Shown here piece after piece: positions 38,796 to 48,201 of a DNA stretch of 64,000 nucleotides. The stretch's first letter is position 1. Each line of letters starts with the position of its first letter. Under the pieces are notes generated by a model that was given only the letters and a program-made list of their open reading frames with translations, made no database searches and was not told the origin of the DNA. The translations under genes and the position numbers were made by a program. Source of the stretch: Polyangiaceae bacterium (GTDB taxonomy: Bacteria > Myxococcota_A > Polyangia > Polyangiales > Polyangiaceae); assembly GCA_965222375.1 (NCBI GenBank), contig CBDCTZ010000012.1, positions 320,001 to 384,000 on the forward strand, read 5' to 3'.

Positions 38796-40550
38796 ATGCG
38801 TCGATACTTGGGGCTAGCGCTGGTTGCGGCAGTCGGCTGCAGCCAGCATCCACCGGAGGGAACTGCGGTCACGCCAGGCCGGGGAGTGGCCGGGATCCCC
38901 GGGGGACCGTCAGGTACCCAGACAGAGCGGGCGACGCCGGTGCTGGGTGGCACCTTGGCAATCAATGCGAGCGACGTCGCGGTCGTGGCTGATCCGGATC
39001 GCGATCGTGTTTTCGTTGTCGATTTGGCAAGTTCGTTGGTTCGAGAAATCCCAACTGCCCCCGGAGCCGAACCGGGCCGCGTCGTCTTCGGAGCGGGAGC
39101 GACGGCTTTCGTTGCGTTGCGTCGCACCGGCCAGGTCATGAGTGTGGACACCACCCAGGGCGTAGCGCGCGAGGTCCGGTCGGTATGTCCTGCGCCTCGG
39201 GGTATGGCCTACGATGCGCTGGCGGGACGGTTGCACGTCGCCTGTGCCACTGGGGAATTGGTGTCCTTTGCGGATACAGGGAAGCCAACTCGCCACCTGC
39301 AGCTCGGTGGCGATCTGCGGGACGTGCTGATCGATGGAACCCGCCTGTTGGTCACTCGCTTCAAGAGCGCAGAGCTACTCGTTCTGGATGAGAACGGGGA
39401 GGTCTCTGGCACGGTGCGCCCGCAGGTATCGCCGCCCCAATCTGCCAAGCTCGGCGTTGCCTGGCGGGCGTTGCGTCTGAACGACGGCACCGTTGCCATG
39501 TTGCATCAGATTGCCACTGCGGACCCCGTTCGCCCTGAACCGGGTGGCTACGGATCCGGCGCCAGCAACCCGTGCAGCCCCGCGATTGCCGGTGAGGGAG
39601 TTTCCCGGCTGGACCCGGAACAGTCCACCGCGCCGAACTTGGGAGTGACGACGCTGCCCATGTTCGCCGGCCCTACGGATGTCGCCGTGTCGCCCGATGG
39701 TACCGAAGTATCATTTTCGAATCTTGCGAATGCATGGAACCCCGAGCAATTGCCAACGGTGGTCACGCTGCCGCTGCAGAGCATTGGAATGCAGCCTTGC
39801 GGAGCGGTTCAGCCGGAGCCCCGCGTGCCCGGAGAGCCGGTTGCCCTCGCGTACGCGAAGTCCGGGCAGCTCTGGGTACAGAGCCGGGAGCCCGCCACCC
39901 TGCAGCGGGTCGGCGGAGGCAGCATCGTTCTCAGTACGGACAGTCGTGCGGACACTGGGTTCGCTCTTTTCCACATGAATAGCGGTAGCGGCATTGCCTG
40001 CGTGTCTTGTCATGCTGATGGGAGCGAGGATGGTCGTGTCTGGGATTTCGCGGGCATCGGGCCGCGTCGAACCCAGGCGCTCGGAGGCGGCGTGCTGAGT
40101 CGGGCGCCCTTTCATTGGGACGGCGACATCGAGGATTTTGATTCCCTCGTGCACGAAGTATTCGTGTCCCGGATGGGAGCGGAGCGTCCGAACCTGGCGC
40201 AGCGCCAACTCTTCGCCCGCTACGTGAACCGCTTGGAGCCCCCTTCGCGCCCGGTCGTGGACTCCGCGAGGGCGCAGCGTGGCGAGAAGCTATTCGAGAC
40301 CGCCGAGTGTTCCAGCTGCCATAGCGGTCCTTCCCTGACCAACGTGGAACGCTTCGATGTTGGCACCGGAGGGACCTTCAAGGTGCCATCGCTATTGGGG
40401 ATCGCGGCTCGCGCGCCCTTCATGCACGATGGTTGCGCTGAGACCCTCATCGACCGTTTCGGCCCGTGTGGTGGACAGCGTCACGGGGACCTGACCGGCC
40501 TCGATGCCGAGGATCTGAAGGACCTGACTGCCTACTTGGAAACCCTGTGA
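38796..40550 (+). CDS. Lipoprotein: YVTN/YncE-like beta-propeller fused to a di-haem cytochrome c (bCCP/MauG-like) domain
   Basis: AGGAGG then ATG 38796, lipobox AVGC and propeller-like repeats. Two CxxCH motifs (CVSCH, CSSCH), plus APFHWDG and FKVPSL…APFMHDG. Confidence 0.85.
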   Translation: MRRYLGLALVAAVGCSQHPPEGTAVTPGRGVAGIPGGPSGTQTERATPVLGGTLAINASDVAVVADPDRDRVFVVDLASSLVREIPTAPGAEPGRVVFGAGATAFVALRRTGQVMSVDTTQGVAREVRSVCPAPRGMAYDALAGRLHVACATGELVSFADTGKPTRHLQLGGDLRDVLIDGTRLLVTRFKSAELLVLDENGEVSGTVRPQVSPPQSAKLGVAWRALRLNDGTVAMLHQIATADPVRPEPGGYGSGASNPCSPAIAGEGVSRLDPEQSTAPNLGVTTLPMFAGPTDVAVSPDGTEVSFSNLANAWNPEQLPTVVTLPLQSIGMQPCGAVQPEPRVPGEPVALAYAKSGQLWVQSREPATLQRVGGGSIVLSTDSRADTGFALFHMNSGSGIACVSCHADGSEDGRVWDFAGIGPRRTQALGGGVLSRAPFHWDGDIEDFDSLVHEVFVSRMGAERPNLAQRQLFARYVNRLEPPSRPVVDSARAQRGEKLFETAECSSCHSGPSLTNVERFDVGTGGTFKVPSLLGIAARAPFMHDGCAETLIDRFGPCGGQRHGDLTGLDAEDLKDLTAYLETL

Positions 40551-41377
40551 ATCGACACATCTCGACCCTAGCCGCTGCGCTCGTCAGTGTCGCGACCGTC
40601 GCGGAAGCTGAGGGGGCAGAAGGCCAGCCCGGGGAACGCCCAGCGCAAGTCGCGCCGAGATACGCTCCGGGGCATGGCCCGCCCCAGCAGTATCCAGCGC
40701 AGGCGGCCTATCCGCCACCGGCCGGCTACGGTCCCCAGCCCAGAGCTGCACCGCCACCTGGTTATCAGCCGCAAGGCTATCCACCGGCGCGACCCGCCTA
40801 CGGGCCTTATGCCGTTGCGGAGCGCCCCGCGTCACCGCCTCCGAAGGAAGCCGAGAAGCAGCAAGAGCGTTCCTACCTCGTGCGCTTGGGGATCGGCGCT
40901 GGCCCGATCGCGGCAAGCGAGCACAAGGATTTGCTACGTGAAGACGGCTACTCCCTGGGGGCGTTGTTCTGGATCTTCGCAAGCGCGGACTGGCTGCTCG
41001 CCGCGCCAATCGGGCTCGGGGTTTGGGGCGCCTACGCGAATGGTGGCGATCGCCCGGATATGGGCGGACCTGAGCTGAGCTACGAAGTGGGCTACCTCGG
41101 TGCTGAAGTGCCTTTCGTCGCAGGCAACGACACCTTCGGTATCGTGGTGGCCCCGCGGGTGGGAGTGGCCGTTGGTGCTCTCTCTCTGGGTACCGGTGCT
41201 GGCGACTCACAAACCGCACCTGCCTTCGGCGCCGACGTGGGGATGTTGTTCTTCAAGGCCCATCTCGGCTTCGGATTCAGCTACCTGCGCGCACCTACGG
41301 ATCCACCCGGGGAGATCGGCCGGGACTTCGACCTGGGAGGATGGATGCTCTATATCGAGGGAGTTGTCGATGGCTGA
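40547..41377 (+). CDS. Putative small outer-membrane beta-barrel with Pro/Gln/Tyr-rich N-terminus
   Basis: GTGA overlap with the upstream gene, signal peptide, PPPGYQPQGYPP region, then alternating amphipathic strands. Confidence 0.65.
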   Translation: MNRHISTLAAALVSVATVAEAEGAEGQPGERPAQVAPRYAPGHGPPQQYPAQAAYPPPAGYGPQPRAAPPPGYQPQGYPPARPAYGPYAVAERPASPPPKEAEKQQERSYLVRLGIGAGPIAASEHKDLLREDGYSLGALFWIFASADWLLAAPIGLGVWGAYANGGDRPDMGGPELSYEVGYLGAEVPFVAGNDTFGIVVAPRVGVAVGALSLGTGAGDSQTAPAFGADVGMLFFKAHLGFGFSYLRAPTDPPGEIGRDFDLGGWMLYIEGVVDG

Positions 41378-41924
41378 GCGCGGTGCGCGTCGAGTTCGCA
41401 GATCCGTTCTCGTCCTGGTCGTCGTCGCTGCGGGTGCCTGCGGACGAGAAGACGGTGAAGCTCGCCTGGTCGATCGCGCGTGCCGTTCCGGGCGCTGCAC
41501 GACCTCTGGATCCGCTCGTCAGGTTTCCGGCATCACTTCGGACAGCGTAGGTTTTCGCTTGGGGCCTGGGCCCGGAAAGATCGTGATTCCGCTGCCCACG
41601 TTCACGAGCCAGGGCAACAATTCATTTCATGTGGAGTTGTTGGCCGCGGGCAGTGGGCAACTAGAAACCCGATTGACCCAGGAGACATGTGATTCTTCGG
41701 GGTCGGGATGCAGTATCGCGGAGGTCGACACTGCGTCCAGCTTCCTCGGACGTGAGTACCGTTGGCACTCCGGCGGCACCTTCGTCGGCAAGCAGTCGGC
41801 GGGCTTCGCCGGGTTTGTCCTAGAGATCGAGCTCGACCAACCTGGCGACGCAGAGATCGCGGACATTCGCTACGACCGATTCGACGCCATCAGCTGCGCC
41901 GTGCGCGCGCCTGGTGCCCGCTGA
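41370..41924 (+). CDS. Hypothetical lipoprotein
   Basis: ATG 41370 overlaps the upstream gene by 8 nt. Lipobox AGAC and paired Cys. Confidence 0.65.
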   Translation: MAERGARRVRRSVLVLVVVAAGACGREDGEARLVDRACRSGRCTTSGSARQVSGITSDSVGFRLGPGPGKIVIPLPTFTSQGNNSFHVELLAAGSGQLETRLTQETCDSSGSGCSIAEVDTASSFLGREYRWHSGGTFVGKQSAGFAGFVLEIELDQPGDAEIADIRYDRFDAISCAVRAPGAR

Positions 41925-42167
41925 GTCTCGCCGTCGCCGAAGCCAGGGCAGCCGAACTCTTCGGAGGGATGAAGCTGTCTTGTCTACAAGTCACGGAGAA
42001 GGAGAGCGCCGCACTACTCGCGCGGCGCTCAGAGTTTGCGCCCTCAGGCTGAAACTCGGCTAGCAGTGCACGGACGCGTTGCAATGCGACCTTTGTGCGC
42101 TTACTGGAGCTAGCCCAAGGGCGAGGCAAATCCGGTGACGAAAGCGAGCGCTATTCATGGGTGTGGC

Positions 42168-43961
42168 TTACCTCTGGAACTTGGCGGCCATGGCCAGGCC
42201 ACCCTCACGTTTGTCCGAGTATGCGTAGGCAACGCCACCGTGCAGCACGATGTTGTTTGCGTCACCCATGGGGATCGTCTTCTTGCTGAAACGATGACCC
42301 CGCTTGGCAAGGCCCTCGAGTATCGCTTTGGGGGGCTTGCGCCGCCGCTCGAAGCGCGCCTCGTCTGGGACGAAGCCGTGGTGGAGGCGCGGCGCATCGA
42401 CCGCGTCCTCGAGGCGCATCTGGCCATCCGCCAAGTTGAAGAAGACCTGCGCGATGGTGCTCGGGATAGTATCGCCGCCAGGCGACCCCAGTACGGCAAC
42501 CAGTTTGCCGTCTTGAGACACCAACGCGGGAGACATGCTGCTGGTGGTGCGCTGGCCGCCCGAGGGCATGTTGTCGCCCATGCTCGCAAAGGACCCGACG
42601 GAGTTGTTGAGCACGACGCCCGTTCCCTTGGCCACGATCTTCGCACCAAACCCCGCGGACAGTGTGGTGGTCAAGCTGACAGCCATTCCGTCGGCGTCCA
42701 CGATCGAGAGATGGGTCGTGTGCTCCAGTTCCTTCAGTGCAGCTTCGAAGAGCGGATGAATGTCTTGGGAAGCCGTGGCCCGATCCGTGTGGATGGGATG
42801 TGCCTTCAAGAGCGAGTTCGCATCCAGCCAGGAGGCCAGAGTCTTTTGCCGTTCTGCGGCCGGCAGAGAGTCCGGGTCTCGCACGGAGAAGCGACGCCGA
42901 GTTTGCGCGCGCCGGGAACTCTCCAAGAAGAGGTGGAGGAAGTCAGCCGACTCACGCGGGTGTTGCCATGCGCGTAGTCGCTTCATTTGCTCGATGATCA
43001 GGCCGAGGGTGACGCCTCCAGCCGATGGCGGGGGCATGATTTCCAGGCTCAGGCCGCGGTAGCCCACCCGGCTCGGGGTGCGGATTTGGGCTCGATACCC
43101 GGCGAGATCCGCGTGGGTTAGAGCGCCGCGAGTGGCTCGCTCGATTCGTCGTGCGACGGCCCCGGCGTAAAACCCCTGAGTGCCGTGCTCTGCAATTTCA
43201 TTCAGGGTCTGCGCCAGGTCCGGGTTGACGATATGATCCCCGGACTCGAGGGGCTTGTCCCCCTTGCCGAATATCTTTTTTGCAGCTGGGTCCTTGCGCA
43301 AGCTGCGCCAGCTCCAGCCGATGCTCAAGCCCGCGCGGTGGCCGACGCGATACCCCTTTTTCGCCAGCCTGATGGCTGGGCCGAGCAGGGCCTTGCGTGG
43401 TAGCGTCGCAAATCGCTCTCGCGCCAGCTCCATTCCCGCAACGGTTCCCGGGACGCCCACCGCGAGAGGCCCCTGTGCGCGGGCCTCGATGATCTTGCGA
43501 AAGCGTTCGCGATCCAGGGCCTTGGGCGCCACTTCGCGAAAGTCGATGGCCACAGCGGCTTTACCGGGCTGCTTGATCAAAGCGAAACCCCCGCCGCCGA
43601 TGTTGCCTGCGCTCGGGTGCGTCACCGCCAGCGCATAGACGGTTGCGATTGCTGCATCCACGGCGTTGCCCCCGGCTTCCAACATCTTGACACCAGCCCG
43701 GGTGGCGTTCTTCTCCACGCTGACGACGACGCCGCCGAGCCCTTGAACGCTACGCGGCCCGCCGGGTTGGATGCTCACTCTCGGGCCGGGATCCGGCGGA
43801 GCCGGAGGCGGCGCAGGACTGGAACTGGTTGACGCGGAACTTCGAAGGTTCTGTGTCGGTGTTGAACGCGCCTTCTTGCCACGACTCGCTTCTTTCGACG
43901 CCGCCGTCGTGCACGCTGTCGCGGCGACGAGAAGCAGTACGCTACACCGTCGCCAGCTCAC
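42168..43961 (-). CDS. ggt: Gamma-glutamyltransferase (lipoprotein)
   Basis: GGNAVDAA, GGGGF, IDFRE, catalytic TTHLSIVD, SSMSP and GSPGG. Lipobox ATAC. Confidence 0.95.
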   Translation of the reverse strand: MSWRRCSVLLLVAATACTTAASKEASRGKKARSTPTQNLRSSASTSSSPAPPPAPPDPGPRVSIQPGGPRSVQGLGGVVVSVEKNATRAGVKMLEAGGNAVDAAIATVYALAVTHPSAGNIGGGGFALIKQPGKAAVAIDFREVAPKALDRERFRKIIEARAQGPLAVGVPGTVAGMELARERFATLPRKALLGPAIRLAKKGYRVGHRAGLSIGWSWRSLRKDPAAKKIFGKGDKPLESGDHIVNPDLAQTLNEIAEHGTQGFYAGAVARRIERATRGALTHADLAGYRAQIRTPSRVGYRGLSLEIMPPPSAGGVTLGLIIEQMKRLRAWQHPRESADFLHLFLESSRRAQTRRRFSVRDPDSLPAAERQKTLASWLDANSLLKAHPIHTDRATASQDIHPLFEAALKELEHTTHLSIVDADGMAVSLTTTLSAGFGAKIVAKGTGVVLNNSVGSFASMGDNMPSGGQRTTSSMSPALVSQDGKLVAVLGSPGGDTIPSTIAQVFFNLADGQMRLEDAVDAPRLHHGFVPDEARFERRRKPPKAILEGLAKRGHRFSKKTIPMGDANNIVLHGGVAYAYSDKREGGLAMAAKFQR

Positions 43962-44773
43962 TTCGCCTCCAACTTACCGCGCTGTAGCAGTTTGGTCTCG
44001 CTCGGGAGTAATCGAGGGGGTGGGGCGGGAAGGGGCTGTCCACCCGCTTGCAGCTGAGCCTGGTGAATCTGATAGCGCAGTTGGGTCGCTGCCATCTCGA
44101 GCACGACCCATGCGGGAACGAGCCCAACGCAAAGAAACGTACCGCCAAGGGCCAGCAGCAAGCCAGCGAGGGGAAAAAATAGCGCATACGCACGAAGGGT
44201 CTGACCCCAAGCTGCCCGCGCCTGCGGCCAGACTTGGCCGCTGCGAAGCGCCTGTCCCAAACGCCCGGAGATCTCAGCTCGGGTCAGCACGGCGTTGCTG
44301 ACCAACAGAACCCACGCGGACAGACCGGCACCGAGCGCGAGCCCAGCGCCGAGCAACACGAAAGCCAGGGTTCCGCCGGCGAGGAGCGTTGCCCAGAAGC
44401 CGGCGTTGATCAGGGCGATGGATGCTAGGACACTGAAGACGACCGCCGCCATGCAGGCGAGCTGCACCGCTGCAGATGGCCACCCGCGTCGCAGATGGGT
44501 CAAGAAATCTGCGAGGCGCAGACGCGGAAATGGATCCGGGTGATTCTTCATCATTCGGGCCATTCCCTCGCTGGCCCAACCACGAATCGCGACGAAGCCC
44601 AACACTGGAACCAGCATCCATAGGCAGGCCACCGCGATGCGCGGCGCCCAGTTCTGGGTCTCGAAGGGTTGCGTGACCGCCTGCATCACGCTGACCGACT
44701 GTGGCCCCGCCGGTCCTGGAGCCGGGGCGTCCGGCACCCCCAAACTCGGCTGGAGGTCGAGCTCGTCGGGCAT
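43958..44773 (-). CDS. DUF4013-like membrane protein (divergent paralogue of the adjacent gene)
   Basis: Aligns by eye with the neighbour (PFETQNW/VFEDPEW, LRRG/IKRG, TRAE/TRAE, LRYQIH/LRFQVY). Confidence 0.7.
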   Translation of the reverse strand: MPDELDLQPSLGVPDAPAPGPAGPQSVSVMQAVTQPFETQNWAPRIAVACLWMLVPVLGFVAIRGWASEGMARMMKNHPDPFPRLRLADFLTHLRRGWPSAAVQLACMAAVVFSVLASIALINAGFWATLLAGGTLAFVLLGAGLALGAGLSAWVLLVSNAVLTRAEISGRLGQALRSGQVWPQARAAWGQTLRAYALFFPLAGLLLALGGTFLCVGLVPAWVVLEMAATQLRYQIHQAQLQAGGQPLPAPPPRLLPSETKLLQRGKLEAK

Positions 44774-44780
44774 GCCAGTT

Positions 44781-45602
44781 TCAGTACTGATAGCCAGCGT
44801 ATTGCGCCGTCCGCTGTTCCGAGGGCAGGGGAGTCACCGGCTTGAGTTCGATGGGCGTCCCGCCGCGCGCCAGATAGTCGTCATAGACTTGAAAGCGCAA
44901 GTGCATGGCCGCAATCTGAATCACGGCGGCCGCCGGGTACATACCAATGTAGCAGGCGATCATTCCGATCAAGATGATGCCGATGGCGACGAACATGAAA
45001 AGGAAGTTCTTGACGATCACTCGCCAGAACGTGGCTTTCGAGTAGGCGAGGACGTCGCCCGGACGAATGGCTTCGCTGAAATTCTCCGTGAACTCTGCCC
45101 GGGTCTGTGCGGCATTGACGAGGACTCCCATCGCCAGCGCCATCGCCAGGGCGACGAAGCCAGCCAGGACGCCGACCAAGATGCCGATAGCGGGCTCGTC
45201 CGTCGCAGCCATGACGCCAACAACGGCAACCGCGACCGCTGCTGCCAGTCCGTAGAAGACGATCAACATCGGAATAGTGACGACGAGCTGGACCAGGAAG
45301 ACCGACAGCCCGCGCTTGATGTATTCACCAAAGTCGGAGAACTCCACATAGGGAATGGGTTGGGGATTGCGCCGCGCTTTGCGTTGCATGACTTCGCACA
45401 TCCAACCGGCCAGCGCGATCGGCCCGACGATCGGAATGATCATGAAGATCAGAGCGAAGAGCACGTTGTGCTTCCACTCTGGATCTTCGAATACATCCTT
45501 CACTGCGCCGATCACGCTGATGCCGCTAGCGGCGCTGGGACCGGGGGCAAGACCAGGATCAGCGGCTTGAGCAACGGGGTCCGGATTCCAGGGTGGCTGC
45601 AT
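44781..45602 (-). CDS. DUF4013-like integral membrane protein
   Basis: IIPIVGPIALAGW…P…FSDFGEYIKRG pattern and several TM helices. Confidence 0.78.
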   Translation of the reverse strand: MQPPWNPDPVAQAADPGLAPGPSAASGISVIGAVKDVFEDPEWKHNVLFALIFMIIPIVGPIALAGWMCEVMQRKARRNPQPIPYVEFSDFGEYIKRGLSVFLVQLVVTIPMLIVFYGLAAAVAVAVVGVMAATDEPAIGILVGVLAGFVALAMALAMGVLVNAAQTRAEFTENFSEAIRPGDVLAYSKATFWRVIVKNFLFMFVAIGIILIGMIACYIGMYPAAAVIQIAAMHLRFQVYDDYLARGGTPIELKPVTPLPSEQRTAQYAGYQY

Positions 45603-45675
45603 CGCGGGGATGGTAGCAGAGCGCCCTCACTCCCGGGCTAGATCCCGCCGCAGCCCTGACAATCTCCGCTCCAGG

Positions 45676-45737
45676 GACGACTCCGGTACCCCACGGCCCC
45701 ACGGACGACGACTCCAGTACCCCACGGCCCCACGGAC
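45676..45737. repeat. 31-bp tandem duplication (2 copies) in a divergent intergenic region
   Basis: GACGACTCC(G/A)GTACCCCACGGCCCCACGGAC at 45676-45706 and 45707-45737, one mismatch. Confidence 0.9.
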
Positions 45738-45913
45738 CGACCCAGCGGCTGTGGATGTGTACTTGGACCCATTGCGGGAACAGCGCTGCAGTGACGCCCC
45801 AGCGATGCGACCCAACCCAAAAGACGGAACATCAACTCGTTCCACGCCAGCTATGCGCTGCGGCGGCCGCCCCGGGCCCCTCGCGAGGGGCGGATTTGCC
45901 CTATGCTCGGGAC

Positions 45914-46423
45914 ATGCACAAGGAGTTTCAGCCGCTTTGCGTTGCCGTGGTGACCGTGAGCGACACACGCACTGCCGAGACCGATACGAGCGGGGGGCTT
46001 GCGATTCAGTGCCTCACCGAGGCTGGCCATGACGTGCGCCACCGCGTCATCGTGCGCGATGATCTCGAACAGATCCGCGCCGCCCTGCACGGATTCATCA
46101 AAGACGACGGCGTGCAGGCTGTCGTGGCGACGGGCGGAACAGGGATTACGGCGCGAGATGTCACACCGGAAGCATTGGCTCCCTTGGTGGACAAAGCGAT
46201 TCCGGGCTTCGGAGAGCTGTTTCGAATGCTGTCCTATGAGGACATCGGTCCAGCGACGGTGCAGAGCCGAGCCGAGGCAGCCCTGTGCAGCGGCACGTTG
46301 GTGTTCGTGCTGCCCGGTTCGACGGGAGCGGTGCGCCTGGCGATGGAGAAAATTATCGTGCCACAGCTCGATAGCCGAACTCGACCCTGCAACTTCGCCG
46401 AGTTACTGCCTCGAGTGAGCTGA
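45914..46423 (+). CDS. moaB: Molybdenum cofactor biosynthesis protein B (MoaB/MogA family)
   Basis: [37 protein letters not shown] and RPCNF. Confidence 0.92.
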   Translation: MHKEFQPLCVAVVTVSDTRTAETDTSGGLAIQCLTEAGHDVRHRVIVRDDLEQIRAALHGFIKDDGVQAVVATGGTGITARDVTPEALAPLVDKAIPGFGELFRMLSYEDIGPATVQSRAEAALCSGTLVFVLPGSTGAVRLAMEKIIVPQLDSRTRPCNFAELLPRVS

Positions 46424-46441
46424 GCGTCGACGCCAGAGTCA

Positions 46442-47401
46442 TCAGGCTGAGACGACGTAGAGTTCCGAGTCGTGCTCTGCCCAGGCTTGGACGTCGGCAA
46501 CGGGGACGCTGACCACGGGTACGGCAAGAGCGCGCGCTTCGCGGACCACTGTGGGAGCTCCTTCGTAGCGAGACGCGGTGACGAGTAGATCGGCGGCGGC
46601 AATCCATGTGAGGCATTCGTCGCGCGGGAGTTGGCCGAGGAAGCGGGCGGCGGGGAAAGAGCGTTCGAGTTCCTTGCGATCCGGTCCATCTCCGATCACC
46701 ACGACACTCACGTCTGGGAGCAAGAGGGCGGAGGCAATCGCGGTGCCCGCGCGTTTGCTGGGAACCAAGCGCCCCACGATGAGCGCTACCTGGGTTGCGG
46801 GGCGTAGCCCCAGGCTGCGCCTGGCGGCTGAGCGCTTCGGAACAGCGCTCAGATCGATGGCGGCAGGTTCGACGCGTGCGGATGCGAGTTCCGGCACGAA
46901 GCGGGCAATGGCGCGACGTTGTTCACTGGATACGAAACGAAATGTGGCTCCGGCCTCGAGGAGTTGCCGCACGATGGCGCGGGCAAGGGGTGTGGGAAGG
47001 GCCATCAAGAGGCGAACATCGGTTCCATGTCCCACGACTTCCACAGGTGCGTTCACTCCACTGCAAATGGGCCAGGCATTGGGCAGAACGAAGTGAGCCA
47101 CCACACGATCGAAGTGCTCGCGCTGGATCCGCCTGCGGCACTTGATGACGAAACCGAGCGCGGACAATAGCCGCAGGGGGCGCTCCCGAAGTCGCGCAAT
47201 CGCGCCAGGTAGACCAAAGGCATCCCCGGACTCGATCCAGTGGATGCGCACACCGCCTCGGAGCGGGGGGCCGCTGCCGGGAGCGAATACGTGCACCTCA
47301 TGCCCCTCCCGAGCCAGGGTCGCGGCCTCTGCAGCAACGAAATGCCCACTCGGATCTTGTGGGGCCCGGGGAAAGGACGTGGTGACGACCGCGATCTTCA
47401 T
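46442..47401 (-). CDS. Glycosyltransferase family 4
   Basis: MKIAVVTTSFP, GRLVPSK, IGDGP and EGAPTVVREA (Ex7E). ATGA overlap with the upstream gene. Confidence 0.88.
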   Translation of the reverse strand: MKIAVVTTSFPRAPQDPSGHFVAAEAATLAREGHEVHVFAPGSGPPLRGGVRIHWIESGDAFGLPGAIARLRERPLRLLSALGFVIKCRRRIQREHFDRVVAHFVLPNAWPICSGVNAPVEVVGHGTDVRLLMALPTPLARAIVRQLLEAGATFRFVSSEQRRAIARFVPELASARVEPAAIDLSAVPKRSAARRSLGLRPATQVALIVGRLVPSKRAGTAIASALLLPDVSVVVIGDGPDRKELERSFPAARFLGQLPRDECLTWIAAADLLVTASRYEGAPTVVREARALAVPVVSVPVADVQAWAEHDSELYVVSA

Positions 47402-47754
47402 GTACGGGGCAGGCGGCCCAGGGCCTCCAGGCCTTCGGCACCGTGCTCCTCCAGTAAATCGCCGAGGCTGCGCAGGAAGCGAAAGCTGTAGATCCCGCTG
47501 GCATGCCCATCGCCCCAAACCAGGGAGACTGCGTAGTTGCCCACCTTTTCCAGCTCGCGGATTTCCAGATTGGTGGGGGGCTGGAATTCGATCGTCCCGC
47601 CGTGGCCCTGGCAGCCCGCGCAGGGGCAATAGCCCCGCAAAATCCTGTGTGGAAATGAGGAGTTATGGCCGTCAGCCCAGGTGATGCTCATTTCTTTGGC
47701 GCCGTGGGGGGCGCGGATACCCCGAGGGGCCTGTCGCGGTTCGATAGCCACCAC
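47398..47754 (-). CDS. DUF971 / gamma-butyrobetaine hydroxylase-like N-terminal domain protein
   Basis: ITWADGH, LRGYCPCAGC and VGNYAV…WGDGHASGIYS. The start codon is uncertain (GTG 47754 or 47751). Confidence 0.88.
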   Translation of the reverse strand: MVAIEPRQAPRGIRAPHGAKEMSITWADGHNSSFPHRILRGYCPCAGCQGHGGTIEFQPPTNLEIRELEKVGNYAVSLVWGDGHASGIYSFRFLRSLGDLLEEHGAEGLEALGRLPRT

Positions 47755-47849
47755 GGCCAGGTGTGGCGCGCGCAGCCCCTGGTGTAAAGGGCTGAAGGGC
47801 CGAAAATTCCTTGCCAAGGGAGGCCGGCTCTGTCAGAACCCGGTCCCCC

Positions 47850-48080
47850 GTGGCGAATCCCAGCGAAGCAATCCAGTGCAGGGCTCTCGAAGTCCAGGTC
47901 GGTGACAAAGGCATCGAGCGTGCGATCAAGCACCTCAAGCGCAAGATGGCCGCAGAGGGCATTTTGCGCGAGCTCAAGCGCCGCCGCCACTACATGAAGC
48001 CGTCGATCAAGCGCCGGAAAAAGATGAGCGAAGCCGCGCGCCGCCGCCGCAAGCGTCAGCGTACCGATCAGCTTCCCTGA
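47850..48080 (+). CDS. rpsU: 30S ribosomal protein bS21
   Basis: IERAIKHLKRKM…EGILRELKRRRHYMKPS…RRKK pattern. Confidence 0.9.
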   Translation: MANPSEAIQCRALEVQVGDKGIERAIKHLKRKMAAEGILRELKRRRHYMKPSIKRRKKMSEAARRRRKRQRTDQLP

Positions 48081-48201
48081 GTCGCTCTGCGGCAGATTTT
48101 TGCGGAAAACGGGCGACGGCGCGCGGGCGACGGGCCTTCGGTTGCGCGCGGAGCCTCAAATTCTGGGCCAGTTTTGCGGCTCCAGCTAGGTTCGTCGGGT
48201 C

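Noticed and set aside
41925..42167. ncRNA or pseudogene between convergent genes
   Set aside because: It has a hairpin (GAGCGCCGC…GCGGCGCTC) and short frames, but no recognisable family, promoter or U-tract.
45676..45737. CRISPR array
   Set aside because: Two directly adjacent copies with no spacer, and no cas genes in the window.
45740..45913. Moco riboswitch upstream of moaB
   Set aside because: Only a short hairpin (CCCCTCGCGAGGGG) is visible, and the -10 position suggests a leaderless mRNA. An Rfam covariance search would be needed to exclude it formally.
48131..48146. sigma54-like CGGGCCTTCGGTTGCG upstream of the BNR-repeat gene
   Set aside because: The spacing is correct but the -24 element is poor. 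A -10-like TAGGTT next to the start is a simpler explanation.
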